Assembly (NCBI RefSeq): GCF_017876815.1
Contig: NZ_JAGIOS010000002.1
Location: forward strand, 720,001 to 752,000
Source: Sinorhizobium meliloti
GTDB taxonomy: Bacteria > Pseudomonadota > Alphaproteobacteria > Rhizobiales > Rhizobiaceae
Length of the DNA stretch: 32,000 nt
Direction: 5' to 3'
Position numbers and translations under genes: made by a program. The notes beneath the pieces were generated by a model. The model was not told the DNA's origin and made no database searches. It was given only the letters and a program-made list of their open reading frames with translations. Below are positions 14,889-26,747 of the stretch, one piece after another (within the stretch, counting starts at the first letter, position 1; every line of letters starts with the position of its first letter).

Positions 14889-16214
14889 TTATTCGGCGGG
14901 CTGGACGACCGCCGGGATGGCCTCGACGGACGCCTCGCCGCCGAGAGCTGCGGAAAGCTGCGCCTGATCGAGCTCGCCTTCCCACTTCGCCACCACGATC
15001 GTCGCAACCGCGTTGCCGACGAAATTGGTCAGGGCGCGGCATTCCGACATGAAGCGGTCGATGCCGAGGATCAGCGCCATGCCGGCGACCGGCACGGAGG
15101 GAACGACCGAGAGCGTTGCGGCAAGCGTGATGAAGCCGGCGCCGGTAATGCCGGCCGCACCCTTCGAGCTCAGCATTGCGACGAGGAGCAGCAGGATCTG
15201 GTCGCCGTATGAGAGCGGCGTATCGGTCGCCTGGGCGATGAACAGGGCCGCAAGCGTCATGTAGATATTGGTGCCGTCCAGGTTGAAGGAATAGCCGGTC
15301 GGAATGACGAGACCGACGACCGAGCGCTTGCAGCCGGCCTTCTCCATCTTGTTCATGAGGCCCGGAAGAGCCGCCTCCGAAGAGGACGTCCCGAGCACCA
15401 GCAGCAGCTCCTCCTTGATGTAGCGGATGAGCGAGAGGATCGAGAAGCCGTTATAGCGTGCGACCGCGCCGAGAACGATGAAGACGAAGAGAAACGACGT
15501 CAGATAGAAGGTGCCGATCAGCATGGCGAGATTGGCGATCGAGGCGATACCGTACTTGCCGATGGTGAAGGCCATGGCGCCGAAGGCGCCGATCGGGGCG
15601 GCCTTCATCAGGATCGCAACGAGCCGGAAGATCGGCAGCGTCAGCGCCTGCAGGAAATCGACCACGGGCTCGGCTTTCTTGCCGACGATCGCCAGCGAAA
15701 TACCGAAGAGCACCGAGATGAACAGGACCTGCAGGATGTCGCCCTCGGCGAAGGCGCCGACGAGCGTCGTCGGGATGATGTTCATCAGGAAGCCGGTGAT
15801 CGACTGCTCATGCGCCTTCTCGGCATAGGTCGCGACCGCCTTGGCGTCCAGCGTGGCCGGATCGATATGCATGCCCGCGCCTGGCTGCACCACGTTTGCG
15901 ACGACGAGACCCACGACAAGCGCGAGGGTGGAGAAGGCGAGAAAGTAGATCATCGCCTTGCCGGCGACGCGGCCGACCTTGGCGAGATCGGTCATGCCGG
16001 CAATCCCGGTCGCGACCGTCAGGAAGATCACCGGCGCGATGATCATCTTCACGAGCCTGATGAAGGCGTCGCCGAGCGGTTTGAGCTCCGTGCCGATATC
16101 AGGATAGAAATGCCCGAGCAGGATGCCCGCGGCGATCGCAGCCAGCACCTGAACATAGAGATGGCGGTAAAGGGGTGTCTTGCCGCGGACCTCCGCGGAA
16201 TGTTCGATGATCAT
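14889..16214 (-). CDS. dctA: C4-dicarboxylate transport protein DctA (DAACS family)
   Basis: 441 aa starting at [24 protein letters not shown] (ATG at 16214, SD GGAGGATATC). It shows strong recognisable identity to rhizobial DctA ([42 protein letters not shown]). It is the C-terminal part of the spurious 1508-aa track ORF. Confidence 0.97.
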   Translation of the reverse strand: MIIEHSAEVRGKTPLYRHLYVQVLAAIAAGILLGHFYPDIGTELKPLGDAFIRLVKMIIAPVIFLTVATGIAGMTDLAKVGRVAGKAMIYFLAFSTLALVVGLVVANVVQPGAGMHIDPATLDAKAVATYAEKAHEQSITGFLMNIIPTTLVGAFAEGDILQVLFISVLFGISLAIVGKKAEPVVDFLQALTLPIFRLVAILMKAAPIGAFGAMAFTIGKYGIASIANLAMLIGTFYLTSFLFVFIVLGAVARYNGFSILSLIRYIKEELLLVLGTSSSEAALPGLMNKMEKAGCKRSVVGLVIPTGYSFNLDGTNIYMTLAALFIAQATDTPLSYGDQILLLLVAMLSSKGAAGITGAGFITLAATLSVVPSVPVAGMALILGIDRFMSECRALTNFVGNAVATIVVAKWEGELDQAQLSAALGGEASVEAIPAVVQPAE

Positions 16215-16311
16215 GATATCCTCCACGTGGCAGGCCCAGTCCGGCAACATGCCGGGCCTCCCGGGCCGCTTTCCGAAGATCGACAGCAGTGGCTGCCTTG
16301 TGGAGCTTGTC

Positions 16312-16327
16312 AGCAACATGCGTGCCA
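16312..16327 (-). promoter_or_regulatory. sigma-54 (-24/-12) promoter of dctA
   Basis: The minus strand reads CTGGCACGCATGTTGCTG, a perfect TGGCAC-N5-TTGCT. The predicted transcription start near 16301 gives a leader of about 87 nt. Confidence 0.88.
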
Positions 16328-16401
16328 GTTTGCCGCGGAAGGCCGATGCGATTGAATCCATGGGATTCTTGCGGGCGGTGCTCGCTTGCCGTTCGTGGAT
16401 A

Positions 16402-16419
16402 TGTGCGGATTTCCGCACA
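16402..16419. promoter_or_regulatory. DctD upstream activating sequence, strong site (TGTGCGGA-TT-TCCGCACA)
   Basis: Perfect 8-bp arms. The centre is about 109 bp upstream of the predicted dctA start, consistent with the tandem DctD sites described for rhizobial dctA promoters. Confidence 0.8.
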
Positions 16420-16434
16420 GAAGCGCTGGCGTTC

Positions 16435-16452
16435 TGGGCGAAAACATGCACA
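16435..16452. promoter_or_regulatory. probable second, degenerate DctD site (TGGGCGAAAACATGCACA)
   Basis: It matches the strong site at 11 of 18 positions (TG-GCG…GCACA retained). The centre is 33 bp (three helical turns) from the strong site, at about -142. It overlaps the dctB ATG (16446). Confidence 0.45.
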
Positions 16453-18311
16453 ATGTTCGCATGGTCAAACTTCCTGCAGAAGCGACCGATCCGCATGCGC
16501 TTCGCAGCCGGGCCCGACGGTCCTGGCTCGTTTTCGCGGCAGTCGCGCTGGTCCTTCTGGCAGCCGGCCTTCTTCTTGCGCGAGACTACGGCCGGTCGCA
16601 GGCGCTCGCCGGCCTTGCCGGTCAGAGCCGGATCGACGCCAGCCTGAAAGCCTCGCTTCTTCGAGCAGTCGTGGAACGGCAGCGCGCCCTGCCGCTTGTC
16701 CTCGCCGACGACGCAGCCATTCGTGGCGCATTGCTTTCGCCGGACATGCAGTCGCTCGACCGCATCAACCGCAAGCTCGAGGCCCTGGCGACAAGCGCCG
16801 AAGCCGCGGTCATCTATCTGATCGACCGGAGCGGCGTCGCCGTCGCGGCCAGCAACTGGCAGGAGCCGACGAGCTTCGTCGGCAACGACTATGCCTTCCG
16901 CGATTATTTCCGGCTCGCCGTCCGCGACGGCATGGCCGAACATTTCGCCATGGGCACGGTCAGCAAGCGGCCCGGGCTTTATATTTCCCGGCGCGTCGAC
17001 GGGCCCGGCGGTCCGCTGGGGGTGATCGTCGCCAAGCTCGAATTCGACGGGGTCGAGGCGGATTGGCAGGCCTCCGGCAAGCCGGCCTATGTCACCGACC
17101 GGCGCGGCATCGTCCTCATCACCAGCCTGCCCTCCTGGCGCTTCATGACGACGAAGCCGATCGCCGAAGACCGGCTGGCGCCCATTCGCGAAAGCCTGCA
17201 GTTCGGCGATGCGCCGCTGCTGCCGCTGCCCTTCCGGAAGATCGAAGCGCGGCCCGATGGCTCCTCCACGCTCGACGCCCTGCTGCCGGGCGACTCCACC
17301 GCAGCCTTCCTGCGCGTGGAAACCATGGTGCCGTCGACGAACTGGCGGCTCGAGCAGCTGTCGCCGCTGAAGGCGCCGCTTGCAGCGGGTGCGCGGGAGG
17401 CGCAGCTCCTCACCCTTGCCGCGCTCGTACCGCTTCTCGCGCTTGCCGCATTGCTCCTGCGCCGTCGCCAGGTAGTCGCCATGCGCAGCGCCGAGGAGCG
17501 GCTGGCCCGCAATGCGCTTGAGGCGAGCGTCGAGGAGCGGACGCGCGACCTGCGCATGGCGCGCGACCGTCTCGAAACCGAGATCGCCGACCACCGGCAG
17601 ACCACCGAGAAGCTCCAGGCCGTGCAGCAGGACCTCGTCCAGGCGAATCGGCTGGCGATCCTCGGCCAGGTCGCCGCCGGGGTTGCCCATGAGATCAACC
17701 AGCCGGTCGCCACCATCCGCGCCTATGCGGATAATGCCCGCACGTTTCTCCACCGCGGCCAGACCGTCACCGCCGCCGAGAACATGGAAAGCATAGCCGA
17801 GCTTACCGAGCGCGTCGGCGCCATCACCGACGAGCTGCGCCGCTTCGCCCGCAAGGGCCATTTCGCAGCCGGGCCGACCGCGATGAAGGAGGTCGTCGAG
17901 GGTGCGCTCATGCTGCTCCGCAGCCGGTTTGCCGGGCGGATGGACGCAATCCGCATCGATCTGCCGCCCGATGGTCTCCAGGCGCTCGGCAACCGCATCC
18001 GGCTGGAGCAGGTCTTGATCAACCTCCTGCAGAATGCGCTGGAAGCGATCGGCGACAGCGAGAACGGCGCGATCCAGGTGCGCTGCAAGGCGGCGCCCGG
18101 CGGCATCGCGCTGACCGTCGCCGACAACGGCCCGGGGATTGCGGCCGATGTCCGCGAAGAGCTGTTCACGCCGTTCAACACCTCGAAGGAAGACGGGCTG
18201 GGCCTCGGTCTCGCGATCTCCAAGGAGATCGTCTCCGACTATGGCGGGACGATCGAGGTCGAGAGCGGCCCCTCCGGAACGACATTTACCGTGAACCTCA
18301 AGAAGGCCTGA
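16446..18311 (+). CDS. dctB: C4-dicarboxylate sensor histidine kinase DctB
   Basis: 621 aa from ATG 16446 ([10 protein letters not shown]…). It has two TM helices flanking a periplasmic sensor domain, the H-box [11 protein letters not shown], and an HATPase domain ([15 protein letters not shown]). The TTG-extended track ORF would swallow the DctD sites. Confidence 0.93.
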   Translation: MHNVRMVKLPAEATDPHALRSRARRSWLVFAAVALVLLAAGLLLARDYGRSQALAGLAGQSRIDASLKASLLRAVVERQRALPLVLADDAAIRGALLSPDMQSLDRINRKLEALATSAEAAVIYLIDRSGVAVAASNWQEPTSFVGNDYAFRDYFRLAVRDGMAEHFAMGTVSKRPGLYISRRVDGPGGPLGVIVAKLEFDGVEADWQASGKPAYVTDRRGIVLITSLPSWRFMTTKPIAEDRLAPIRESLQFGDAPLLPLPFRKIEARPDGSSTLDALLPGDSTAAFLRVETMVPSTNWRLEQLSPLKAPLAAGAREAQLLTLAALVPLLALAALLLRRRQVVAMRSAEERLARNALEASVEERTRDLRMARDRLETEIADHRQTTEKLQAVQQDLVQANRLAILGQVAAGVAHEINQPVATIRAYADNARTFLHRGQTVTAAENMESIAELTERVGAITDELRRFARKGHFAAGPTAMKEVVEGALMLLRSRFAGRMDAIRIDLPPDGLQALGNRIRLEQVLINLLQNALEAIGDSENGAIQVRCKAAPGGIALTVADNGPGIAADVREELFTPFNTSKEDGLGLGLAISKEIVSDYGGTIEVESGPSGTTFTVNLKKA

Positions 18312-18314
18312 GCG

Positions 18315-19697
18315 ATGAGCGCCGCCCCATCCGTGTTCCTGATCGATGACGACCGCGATCTGCGCAAGGCAATGCAGCAGACGCTCGAGCTTGCGGGCTT
18401 CACCGTCTCGTCCTTCGCCAGCGCGACGGAGGCGCTCGCCGAACTTTCCGCCGACTTCGCGGGCATCGTCATCAGCGATATCCGCATGCCGGGCATGGAC
18501 GGCCTTGCCCTTTTCGGCAAAGTTCTGGCGCTCGACCCTGACCTGCCAATGATCCTCGTCACGGGGCACGGCGACATACCGATGGCGGTGCAGGCGATCC
18601 AGGACGGCGCCTATGACTTCATCGCCAAGCCGTTTGCCGCCGATCGTCTTGTCCAGAGCGCCCGGCGCGCAGAGGAGAAGCGGCGGCTCGTCATGGAGAA
18701 CCGGTCGCTGCGCCGCGCGGCCGAGGCCGCATCCGAAGGCCTGCCGCTGATCGGCCAGACGCCGGCCATGGAGCGGCTTCGCCAGACCTTGAAACACATC
18801 GCCGACACCGATGTCGACGTGCTGGTCGCCGGCGAGACGGGCAGCGGCAAGGAGGTCGTCGCCACGCTGCTGCACCAATGGAGCCGCCGCAGGACCGGCA
18901 ACTTCGTGGCGCTGAATTGCGGCGCTCTGCCGGAAACGGTGATCGAAAGCGAGCTCTTCGGCCACGAGCCCGGCGCCTTCACCGGCGCCGTCAAGAAGCG
19001 GATCGGCCGGATCGAGCATGCGAGCGGCGGCACGCTCTTCCTCGACGAGATCGAGGCCATGCCGCCGGCAACGCAGGTGAAGATGCTGCGCGTGCTCGAA
19101 GCCCGCGAGATCACGCCGCTCGGCACCAACCTGACCCGCCCGGTCGACATCCGCGTCGTCGCCGCCGCCAAGGTCGATCTCGGCGACCCGGCCGCACGCG
19201 GCGATTTCCGCGAGGATCTCTATTACCGGCTGAACGTCGTGACGCTCTCGATCCCGCCCCTGCGCGAACGGCGCGACGACATCCCCCTCCTCTTCTCCCA
19301 TTTCCTGGCCCGCGCCTCGGAACGCTTCGGCCGCGAAGTGCCCGCGATCTCGGCTGCCATGCGCGCGTACCTGGCGACGCATTCCTGGCCCGGCAATGTG
19401 CGCGAGCTTTCGCACTTCGCCGAACGGGTGGCGCTGGGGGTGGAGGGAAACCTGGGAGTTCCGGCCGCAGCGCCCGCCTCAAGCGGAGCGACCCTGCCGG
19501 AAAGATTGGAACGCTACGAGGCCGATATCCTCAAGCAGGCGCTCACGGCGCATTGCGGCGACGTCAAAGAGACCCTGCAAGTCCTCGGCATCCCCCGCAA
19601 GACTTTTTACGACAAGCTGCAGCGCCATGGGATCAACCGGGCAGATTATGTCGAACGGGCGGGCCCGGGGCGTCCCAATGCCATATCGAAAACTTGA
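18315..19697 (+). CDS. dctD: sigma-54-dependent response regulator DctD (NtrC family)
   Basis: 460 aa. The REC domain has [10 protein letters not shown]. The AAA+ domain has GETGSGKE, the GAFTGA loop (EPGAFTGAV) and ELFGHE. A C-terminal Fis-type HTH is present. The ATG is 3 nt after the dctB stop. Confidence 0.96.
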   Translation: MSAAPSVFLIDDDRDLRKAMQQTLELAGFTVSSFASATEALAELSADFAGIVISDIRMPGMDGLALFGKVLALDPDLPMILVTGHGDIPMAVQAIQDGAYDFIAKPFAADRLVQSARRAEEKRRLVMENRSLRRAAEAASEGLPLIGQTPAMERLRQTLKHIADTDVDVLVAGETGSGKEVVATLLHQWSRRRTGNFVALNCGALPETVIESELFGHEPGAFTGAVKKRIGRIEHASGGTLFLDEIEAMPPATQVKMLRVLEAREITPLGTNLTRPVDIRVVAAAKVDLGDPAARGDFREDLYYRLNVVTLSIPPLRERRDDIPLLFSHFLARASERFGREVPAISAAMRAYLATHSWPGNVRELSHFAERVALGVEGNLGVPAAAPASSGATLPERLERYEADILKQALTAHCGDVKETLQVLGIPRKTFYDKLQRHGINRADYVERAGPGRPNAISKT

Positions 19698-19740
19698 GCC
19701 TGCGGCAGCGACAAAGTCGGTGACCGTGCGGCAGGTTTAA

Positions 19741-19765
19741 GCCCCTCCCACCTGTGGGGAGGGGC
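19741..19765. other. GC-rich stem-loop GCCCCTCCC-acctgtg-GGGAGGGGC between convergent genes
   Basis: 9-bp perfect stem with a 7-nt loop, 44 nt after the dctD stop. There is no clear T-run on either strand. It may be a terminator or a REP-like element. Confidence 0.5.
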
Positions 19766-19821
19766 GATCACTTGCCCGGCGCTGCAAGTCGTCTGCGCCC
19801 GGCATGAGGTGAGAAGGCCGC

Positions 19822-21879
19822 CTATTCCGCCGTCGCCTCGAAGTCGACCCTGTCGAGAAGCAAGAGCGGATTTTGCGAAGCAACCGCGAATTCGAGCGCA
19901 CCGATTCCGTTTGCGGATTTGGATTTGACCGTCAACGTGAACATCCCCGGTTTGGCAATGAACTGCGAAGCTGCGTCCAGCACGTCCTGCAACCGAGGCT
20001 CCTGCGCGGCAAACTGCTGCAACGCCACCGAAGCCGTCATCGTGAGCATGCCGCGCGCCTGATCCTCCGTCATGTCGTTTTGCTCGGCATAGGCCTTTAT
20101 GGCCTTGGCGGCGAGACCTTTGTCCTCGATCTTCAGCTTTGCTTCACGGGCGGTGAGGCCGAACAGCGCTGCCCGCATCTTCGCCTCGTCGCCGGAAAAG
20201 AAGTCGCCGCTCACGCCCCCCAGCAGGCCGGAGAGGGAAAAGCCGCCAATATCTTTTCCACGTGCGGAGATATCCTTGATGACCAGAGTCTGGTTCGGCT
20301 CGTCCCAGGCGGCTTCGATGTTGGACGACAGGACCACCTCATTGAAACCGAGGTTGCGAAGCTGCGCGAACGGCTCGTCGTGCATATGCTCCGGGATCGG
20401 CAGGGTCAGATCCTGATATCTGATGCGGATGTCGGTCGGAATGCCGTTGCGTGGCTTCGTGAGCGCCAACTCGTAATCCTTGAGCGAGAAGCGGACGCGC
20501 CTCGGCACCGAATCCTGTGTGTCGCTCTCGGCGTCTTCGGTTTCTGTATCGGGCAGATCGGCATCCAGACCCGCCAGCCGGACCGTACCGAATTCCGGCA
20601 ACAGTGTCGTGAAGGCAAATCTCTCGCGCTGCTGCTCGTCGAGCGCGACCATCCTCTGCAGACCCTCCAAGGTCGAATTCCAGGAAAATCCCGAAATGCT
20701 CGCTTCGGAGACCTTGACGTAGTCCGCGCCCTCTCCCATCGAGAGGCCATTCAGCGTGCCGTCAAGCTTCCGTCCATCGACCTCGAGGGCTAGGCGATCT
20801 ATCGAAACCTTGATCCTCTCGCCTTCGTCACCGTCCTTCATCGGCGCGTCGATCGTAAGGCCGAGCATTTCCATGTCGGCCTTCTTCGTCATGTCGATAA
20901 TCGACAAGACCCGATTGAAATAGGCTTGGCGTTCCGCCGGCGGCAATTGATCCGGCGCCGAGACCGATTTCAGCTTTTTGAGCGTCTCGACCAGCGGCTC
21001 GGCCGGCATTCGCATGCTGAAGCCGCTGCTGCGAACCTCGTCATAGCCGAAGCTCGCCTCGCCATCCGAGAAGGCGATGTCCTTTACCGAAATCGGCCCA
21101 TAGACAGGCTTTGCCTCGTTGTCGTCCGAGCCGGCTTTTTCGGTATAGAGCCGCGCCAGATAGGCGGCATCGATATCCTGCGCCGTCACGGCTCCGATGG
21201 AACCCGCCACCCTATTCTTCCTGCCGCCCTCTCCCCCCGAACGGTCCACGCCGACTTCGAAGCTGCCGCCGCTCGCCGAATAGCGGGCGATACGCCCATC
21301 GGCGATGCCTTCCGAGACCACGTTCCTGTAGATCAGCTTCTGCTCGGTCCCGGCAACGATCTGTGCGAAGACGATCTCCGGGGCGGAGATACGCCTTGCC
21401 GTGAAAAGTTCTACTCGCTTGGAGATCGAGAGTTCGCTCTTCCCGCCGAACATCTGCTCCAAGGTGCCGCGATCAAAATCTGCTTCTTCGACGACCGCGC
21501 GCGGGACAGAGACCGTGCCGAAAGCAGTCTTGAGTTCAAGGCCGCTTACTTCGAGCATGCCCTGGAGGAAAAAGATACTGGGCCGGCCGTCAACCGCGGC
21601 GATACGAACGTCCGACCCGTCCTTCAGCGGCAAGGCCACGTCGCGCAGATGAATTCGCCCAAGGAAATCCGCTTCGACGCTGCCCGCCTTGCCACCGCGC
21701 TCGGCGATCATCCTGCTCACGCGATTTTCTACGATGGTCTTGTAGCCGGCCATGCCGGCGGCGGTGATTGCTATCACCGCAACTGCGGCCCAAAGCGCCT
21801 TGCGTCTCTTTTTTCCCGTTGCTGCCTCAGCTTGCCCCACGACAATCGTCCTTCCGCTACCTGCTTCACCGCGCCCCAT
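19822..21879 (-). CDS. membrane-anchored protein of unknown function (about 685 aa) with repeated beta-rich modules
   Basis: The long ORF has GC-rich third positions. An N-terminal basic stretch (GKKRRK) is followed by one TM helix (ALWAAVAVIAITAAGMAGY). The start is uncertain: ATG 21879 has no SD, while GTG 21840 is preceded by GGAAGGA at 8 nt. The track start at 22050 would overlap the thiC promoter and riboswitch. Confidence 0.75.
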   Translation of the reverse strand: MGRGEAGSGRTIVVGQAEAATGKKRRKALWAAVAVIAITAAGMAGYKTIVENRVSRMIAERGGKAGSVEADFLGRIHLRDVALPLKDGSDVRIAAVDGRPSIFFLQGMLEVSGLELKTAFGTVSVPRAVVEEADFDRGTLEQMFGGKSELSISKRVELFTARRISAPEIVFAQIVAGTEQKLIYRNVVSEGIADGRIARYSASGGSFEVGVDRSGGEGGRKNRVAGSIGAVTAQDIDAAYLARLYTEKAGSDDNEAKPVYGPISVKDIAFSDGEASFGYDEVRSSGFSMRMPAEPLVETLKKLKSVSAPDQLPPAERQAYFNRVLSIIDMTKKADMEMLGLTIDAPMKDGDEGERIKVSIDRLALEVDGRKLDGTLNGLSMGEGADYVKVSEASISGFSWNSTLEGLQRMVALDEQQRERFAFTTLLPEFGTVRLAGLDADLPDTETEDAESDTQDSVPRRVRFSLKDYELALTKPRNGIPTDIRIRYQDLTLPIPEHMHDEPFAQLRNLGFNEVVLSSNIEAAWDEPNQTLVIKDISARGKDIGGFSLSGLLGGVSGDFFSGDEAKMRAALFGLTAREAKLKIEDKGLAAKAIKAYAEQNDMTEDQARGMLTMTASVALQQFAAQEPRLQDVLDAASQFIAKPGMFTLTVKSKSANGIGALEFAVASQNPLLLLDRVDFEATAE

Positions 21880-22012
21880 TCGTGACGCGTGATTAGATGC
21901 AAGGAGCTGCATTTGCAAGCATGGCGGGAGGACAATCCAGAGCAGATAACTGACGCGCCCGACATCCTCGCCCGGGACCGGACCGCGCCGGAGGCGGCCA
22001 TTCAAAAACCAT

Positions 22013-22042
22013 CTTGACGCCGTGCCGATAACCGTTCCTAAT
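22013..22042 (+). promoter_or_regulatory. candidate sigma-70 promoter of the thi operon (CTTGAC-N17/18-CCTAAT)
   Basis: CTTGAC at 22013-22018 and TCCTAAT at 22036-22042 resemble the rhizobial CTTGAC-N17-CTATAT consensus. They would place the transcription start just before riboswitch stem P1. Confidence 0.4.
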
Positions 22043-22050
22043 TGCGCCAT

Positions 22051-24091
<2,041 letters not shown>

Positions 24092-24092
24092 G

Positions 24093-25070
24093 ATGCGCGT
24101 GCTGATCAGAGGGGCCGGCGTCGCCGGCCTCACCGCCGCCCATGAACTTCTCGCGCGCGGCGCCGAAGTAACGATCATCGAAAATGCCGCCGGCTTCACC
24201 GGGGCCGCTTCCTGGTATGCGGGCGGCATGCTCGCTCCCTGGTGCGAGCGCGAAAGCGCCGAGGAAACCGTCCTGACGCTGGGAATCGGCGCCGCCGACT
24301 GGTGGGAAGCCGCCCTCCCCGCCGGTTCCGTCCATCGCAACGGCACGCTCGTCGTGGCGCAACCCCGTGACGGAGCCGAACTCAAGCGCTTCGCCTCGCG
24401 CACCTCCGGCTTCCGCTGGCTCGATGCGGAGGAGATCGCAGCGCTTGAGCCGGCTCTCGCCGGCCGTTTCCGGCAGGCGCTGTTCTTTCCGCAGGAGGCG
24501 CATCTCGACCCCCGCCGGGCACTCTCGGCGCTCCGGCAAGGGCTGGCGGCACGCGGCGCCGCCTTCGCCGGCGAGGACATGGACGATCGCGGTTTCGCGC
24601 TCACCGTCGATTGCACCGGCGCGTCGAGGATCGGCGAGTTCGACGGACTTCGCGGCGTTCGCGGCGAGATGGCCTATCTGCAGACGGACGAGGTGACGCT
24701 CTCGCGCCCCGTGCGCATGCTGCATCCCCGCATCCCGCTCTATATCGTGCCGCGCGGCGGCGGGCTCTTCATGTGCGGCGCGACGATGATCGAGAGCGAC
24801 GACGCCGGTCCGATCACCACCCGCTCGCTGATGGAACTGCTGAACGCCGCCTATTCGCTCCATCCGGCTTTCGCCGAAGCGCGCCTGGTCGAAACCGGCA
24901 CGGGCGTGCGCCCCGCTCTTACCGACAACCTGCCGCGGGCCTGGCGCCGTGAAAACAGGATTACCGTCAACGGCCTCTATCGGCACGGCTTCCTCCTCTC
25001 CCCGGCCATGGCCGGGGAGGTGGCGGCACTGGCCCTTGGCGAAGAGAATCTTAGAGGAGATATCCGATGA
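24093..25070 (+). CDS. thiO: FAD-dependent glycine oxidase ThiO
   Basis: 325 aa from ATG 24093, 1 nt after the thiC stop. It has the Rossmann motif MRVLIRGAGVAGL and sits between thiC and thiS. Confidence 0.9.
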   Translation: MRVLIRGAGVAGLTAAHELLARGAEVTIIENAAGFTGAASWYAGGMLAPWCERESAEETVLTLGIGAADWWEAALPAGSVHRNGTLVVAQPRDGAELKRFASRTSGFRWLDAEEIAALEPALAGRFRQALFFPQEAHLDPRRALSALRQGLAARGAAFAGEDMDDRGFALTVDCTGASRIGEFDGLRGVRGEMAYLQTDEVTLSRPVRMLHPRIPLYIVPRGGGLFMCGATMIESDDAGPITTRSLMELLNAAYSLHPAFAEARLVETGTGVRPALTDNLPRAWRRENRITVNGLYRHGFLLSPAMAGEVAALALGEENLRGDIR

Positions 25071-25264
25071 AGCTGACCATCAACGGCGAGGAACATGAGC
25101 TTCAGGCCGCGACGCTCGCCGAACTCCTGCAGCGCCTCGAATTCGAGGGCGACTGGCTGGCGACCGCCGTAAACGGCGAACTCGTCCGGAAGGCCGACCG
25201 CGCCGGTCACCGGCTTGAGGACAGCGACCGTATCGAAATCCTGTCGCCCATGCAGGGAGGCTGA
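25067..25264 (+). CDS. thiS: sulfur-carrier protein ThiS
   Basis: 65 aa ending in the diagnostic Gly-Gly (…SPMQGG). Its start overlaps the thiO stop (ATGA). Confidence 0.9.
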   Translation: MKLTINGEEHELQAATLAELLQRLEFEGDWLATAVNGELVRKADRAGHRLEDSDRIEILSPMQGG

Positions 25265-25266
25265 CG

Positions 25267-26040
25267 ATGCCGCTATTCTATGAAACCGAGGTCCGATCGC
25301 GGCTCCTGCTCGGAACCGCCCGCTATCCCTCGCCGGCCGTGCTCGCCGAAGCGGTGCGGCGGTCGGGCACCGATATCGTCACGGTCTCGCTCCGCCGCGA
25401 GACGGCCGGCGGGCGCCAGGGCGGCGCCTTCTTCGAGCTGATCCGCGAACTCGGCGTGCGCGTGCTGCCCAACACGGCCGGCTGCCATTCCGTCTCGGAG
25501 GCCGTGCTGACCGCCAGGATGGCGCGCGAGGTGTTCGGCACCGACTGGATCAAGCTGGAAGTGATCGGCCACCAGGACACATTGCAGCCGGACGTCTTCG
25601 GCCTCGTGGAGGGGGCTCGCATCCTCACCGGGGAAGGTTTCCAGGTCTTCCCCTACACGACGGACGACCTCGTCGTCGCCGAAAGGCTGCTGGAGGCGGG
25701 CTGCCAAGTGCTGATGCCCTGGTGCGCGCCGATCGGCAGCGCCATGGGACCGCAGAATGTGCAGGGCTTGCGCGCCATGCGCGCGGAATTTCCCGACGTG
25801 CCGCTGATCGTCGACGCCGGCATCGGCCGCCCGTCCCACGCGACGACGGTCATGGAACTCGGCTACGACGCGGTCCTGCTCAACACGGCCGTTGCCGGCG
25901 CTGCCGATCCCGCCGCCATGGCCGAAGCCTTCACCAAGGCGATCGATGCCGGCCACGCGGCTCACGGCGCCGGCATGCTGGAGCCGCGCGACATGGCCGT
26001 TCCATCCACCCCCGTTATCGGAAAGGCAGTCTTCTCGTGA
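25267..26040 (+). CDS. thiG: thiazole synthase ThiG
   Basis: 257 aa. It has a TIM-barrel ThiG signature (LPNTAGC, IKLEVIGD-like, PWxAPIGS, VDAGIG), and the ATG is 2 nt after the thiS stop. Confidence 0.95.
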   Translation: MPLFYETEVRSRLLLGTARYPSPAVLAEAVRRSGTDIVTVSLRRETAGGRQGGAFFELIRELGVRVLPNTAGCHSVSEAVLTARMAREVFGTDWIKLEVIGHQDTLQPDVFGLVEGARILTGEGFQVFPYTTDDLVVAERLLEAGCQVLMPWCAPIGSAMGPQNVQGLRAMRAEFPDVPLIVDAGIGRPSHATTVMELGYDAVLLNTAVAGAADPAAMAEAFTKAIDAGHAAHGAGMLEPRDMAVPSTPVIGKAVFS

Positions 26041-26642
26041 AGCTCGATCCCTTCTATCTCATCGTCGACAGCGCCCAATGGATCGAACGGCTGGTGCCGC
26101 TCGGCGTCAAACTCGTGCAGCTCCGCATCAAGGACCGGAACGAGGAAGACATCCGCCACCAGATACGGGTCGCCAGGGCAGTCTGCTCCGCCCATGCATG
26201 CCAGCTGATCGTCAACGACTACTGGCAGCTGGCGATAGAGGAAGCCTGCGATTTCATCCATCTCGGTCAGGAGGATCTGGCGGAGGCCGATCTTGCCGCC
26301 ATCCGTGCCGCCGGGCTCAAGCTCGGCGTCAGCACCCATGACGAGGCGGAACTGGCGAAGGCGCTCGCAGCCGAACCGGACTACGTCGCGCTCGGGCCGA
26401 TCTATCCGACGATCCTCAAGAAGATGAAGTGGGCGCCGCAGGGGCTGGAGCGGCTTTCATGGTGGCGCGAGCGCGTTCACCCGCTCCCGCTCGTCGCCAT
26501 CGGCGGCCTCAATACGGAGCGGATCGAAGGCGTCTTCGCGCATGGCGCCGACAGCGCCGCCGTGGTGACTGACATCACGCTGAATGCCGATCCGGAAGGA
26601 AGGACAAGGGAGTGGATACGGAAGACGGAGGCGTGGAGATAG
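26037..26642 (+). CDS. thiE: thiamine-phosphate synthase ThiE
   Basis: 201 aa from GTG 26037, overlapping the thiG stop (GTGA). Motifs include [43 protein letters not shown] and AIGG. Confidence 0.9.
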   Translation: MKLDPFYLIVDSAQWIERLVPLGVKLVQLRIKDRNEEDIRHQIRVARAVCSAHACQLIVNDYWQLAIEEACDFIHLGQEDLAEADLAAIRAAGLKLGVSTHDEAELAKALAAEPDYVALGPIYPTILKKMKWAPQGLERLSWWRERVHPLPLVAIGGLNTERIEGVFAHGADSAAVVTDITLNADPEGRTREWIRKTEAWR

Positions 26643-26691
26643 CGGTAGCGCGGGGGGAGACGGCCCGGCCTCATGGGTCGAAGCAGCGATG

Positions 26692-26712
26692 CTTGACATT
26701 TGTCACATGTGA
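26692..26712 (+). promoter_or_regulatory. candidate promoter/operator of the SorC-family regulator gene (CTTGACATTTGTCACATGTGA)
   Basis: The -35-like CTTGAC is embedded in two overlapping palindromes, TGACA-TT-TGTCA (26694-26705) and TCACATGTGA (26703-26712). The CTTGACATTTG core recurs twice at 31434-31460. Confidence 0.5.
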
Positions 26713-26747
26713 TGAATTAAGTCAGGGTTTCCGTCCGAAAGAACTCC

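Noticed and set aside
16386-16445. TTG-initiated 20-codon extension of dctB
   Set aside because: It would place the strong DctD palindrome inside the coding region. ATG 16446 gives the 621-aa length I recall for rhizobial DctB.
14889-19415. Giant 1508-aa minus-strand ORF spanning dctA and running antisense through all of dctB and most of dctD
   Set aside because: Only the last 441 codons (dctA, from ATG 16214 with a good SD) are real. The rest is the codon-aligned antisense frame of dctB and dctD: all three genes are in the same phase (start and stop coordinates ≡ 0 mod 3). That frame stays open simply because the sense genes avoid TTA, CTA and TCA codons in this high-GC genome. The extension would also run through the sigma-54 promoter and the DctD sites, and its translation is Arg/Gly/Ala-rich low-complexity sequence.
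26703-26712. TCACATGTGA as a CRP/Clr-type site
   Set aside because: The CRP consensus is TGTGA-N6-TCACA. Here the half-sites are in the opposite order with no spacer, so the resemblance is superficial. It is treated as part of the SorC-type operator candidate.
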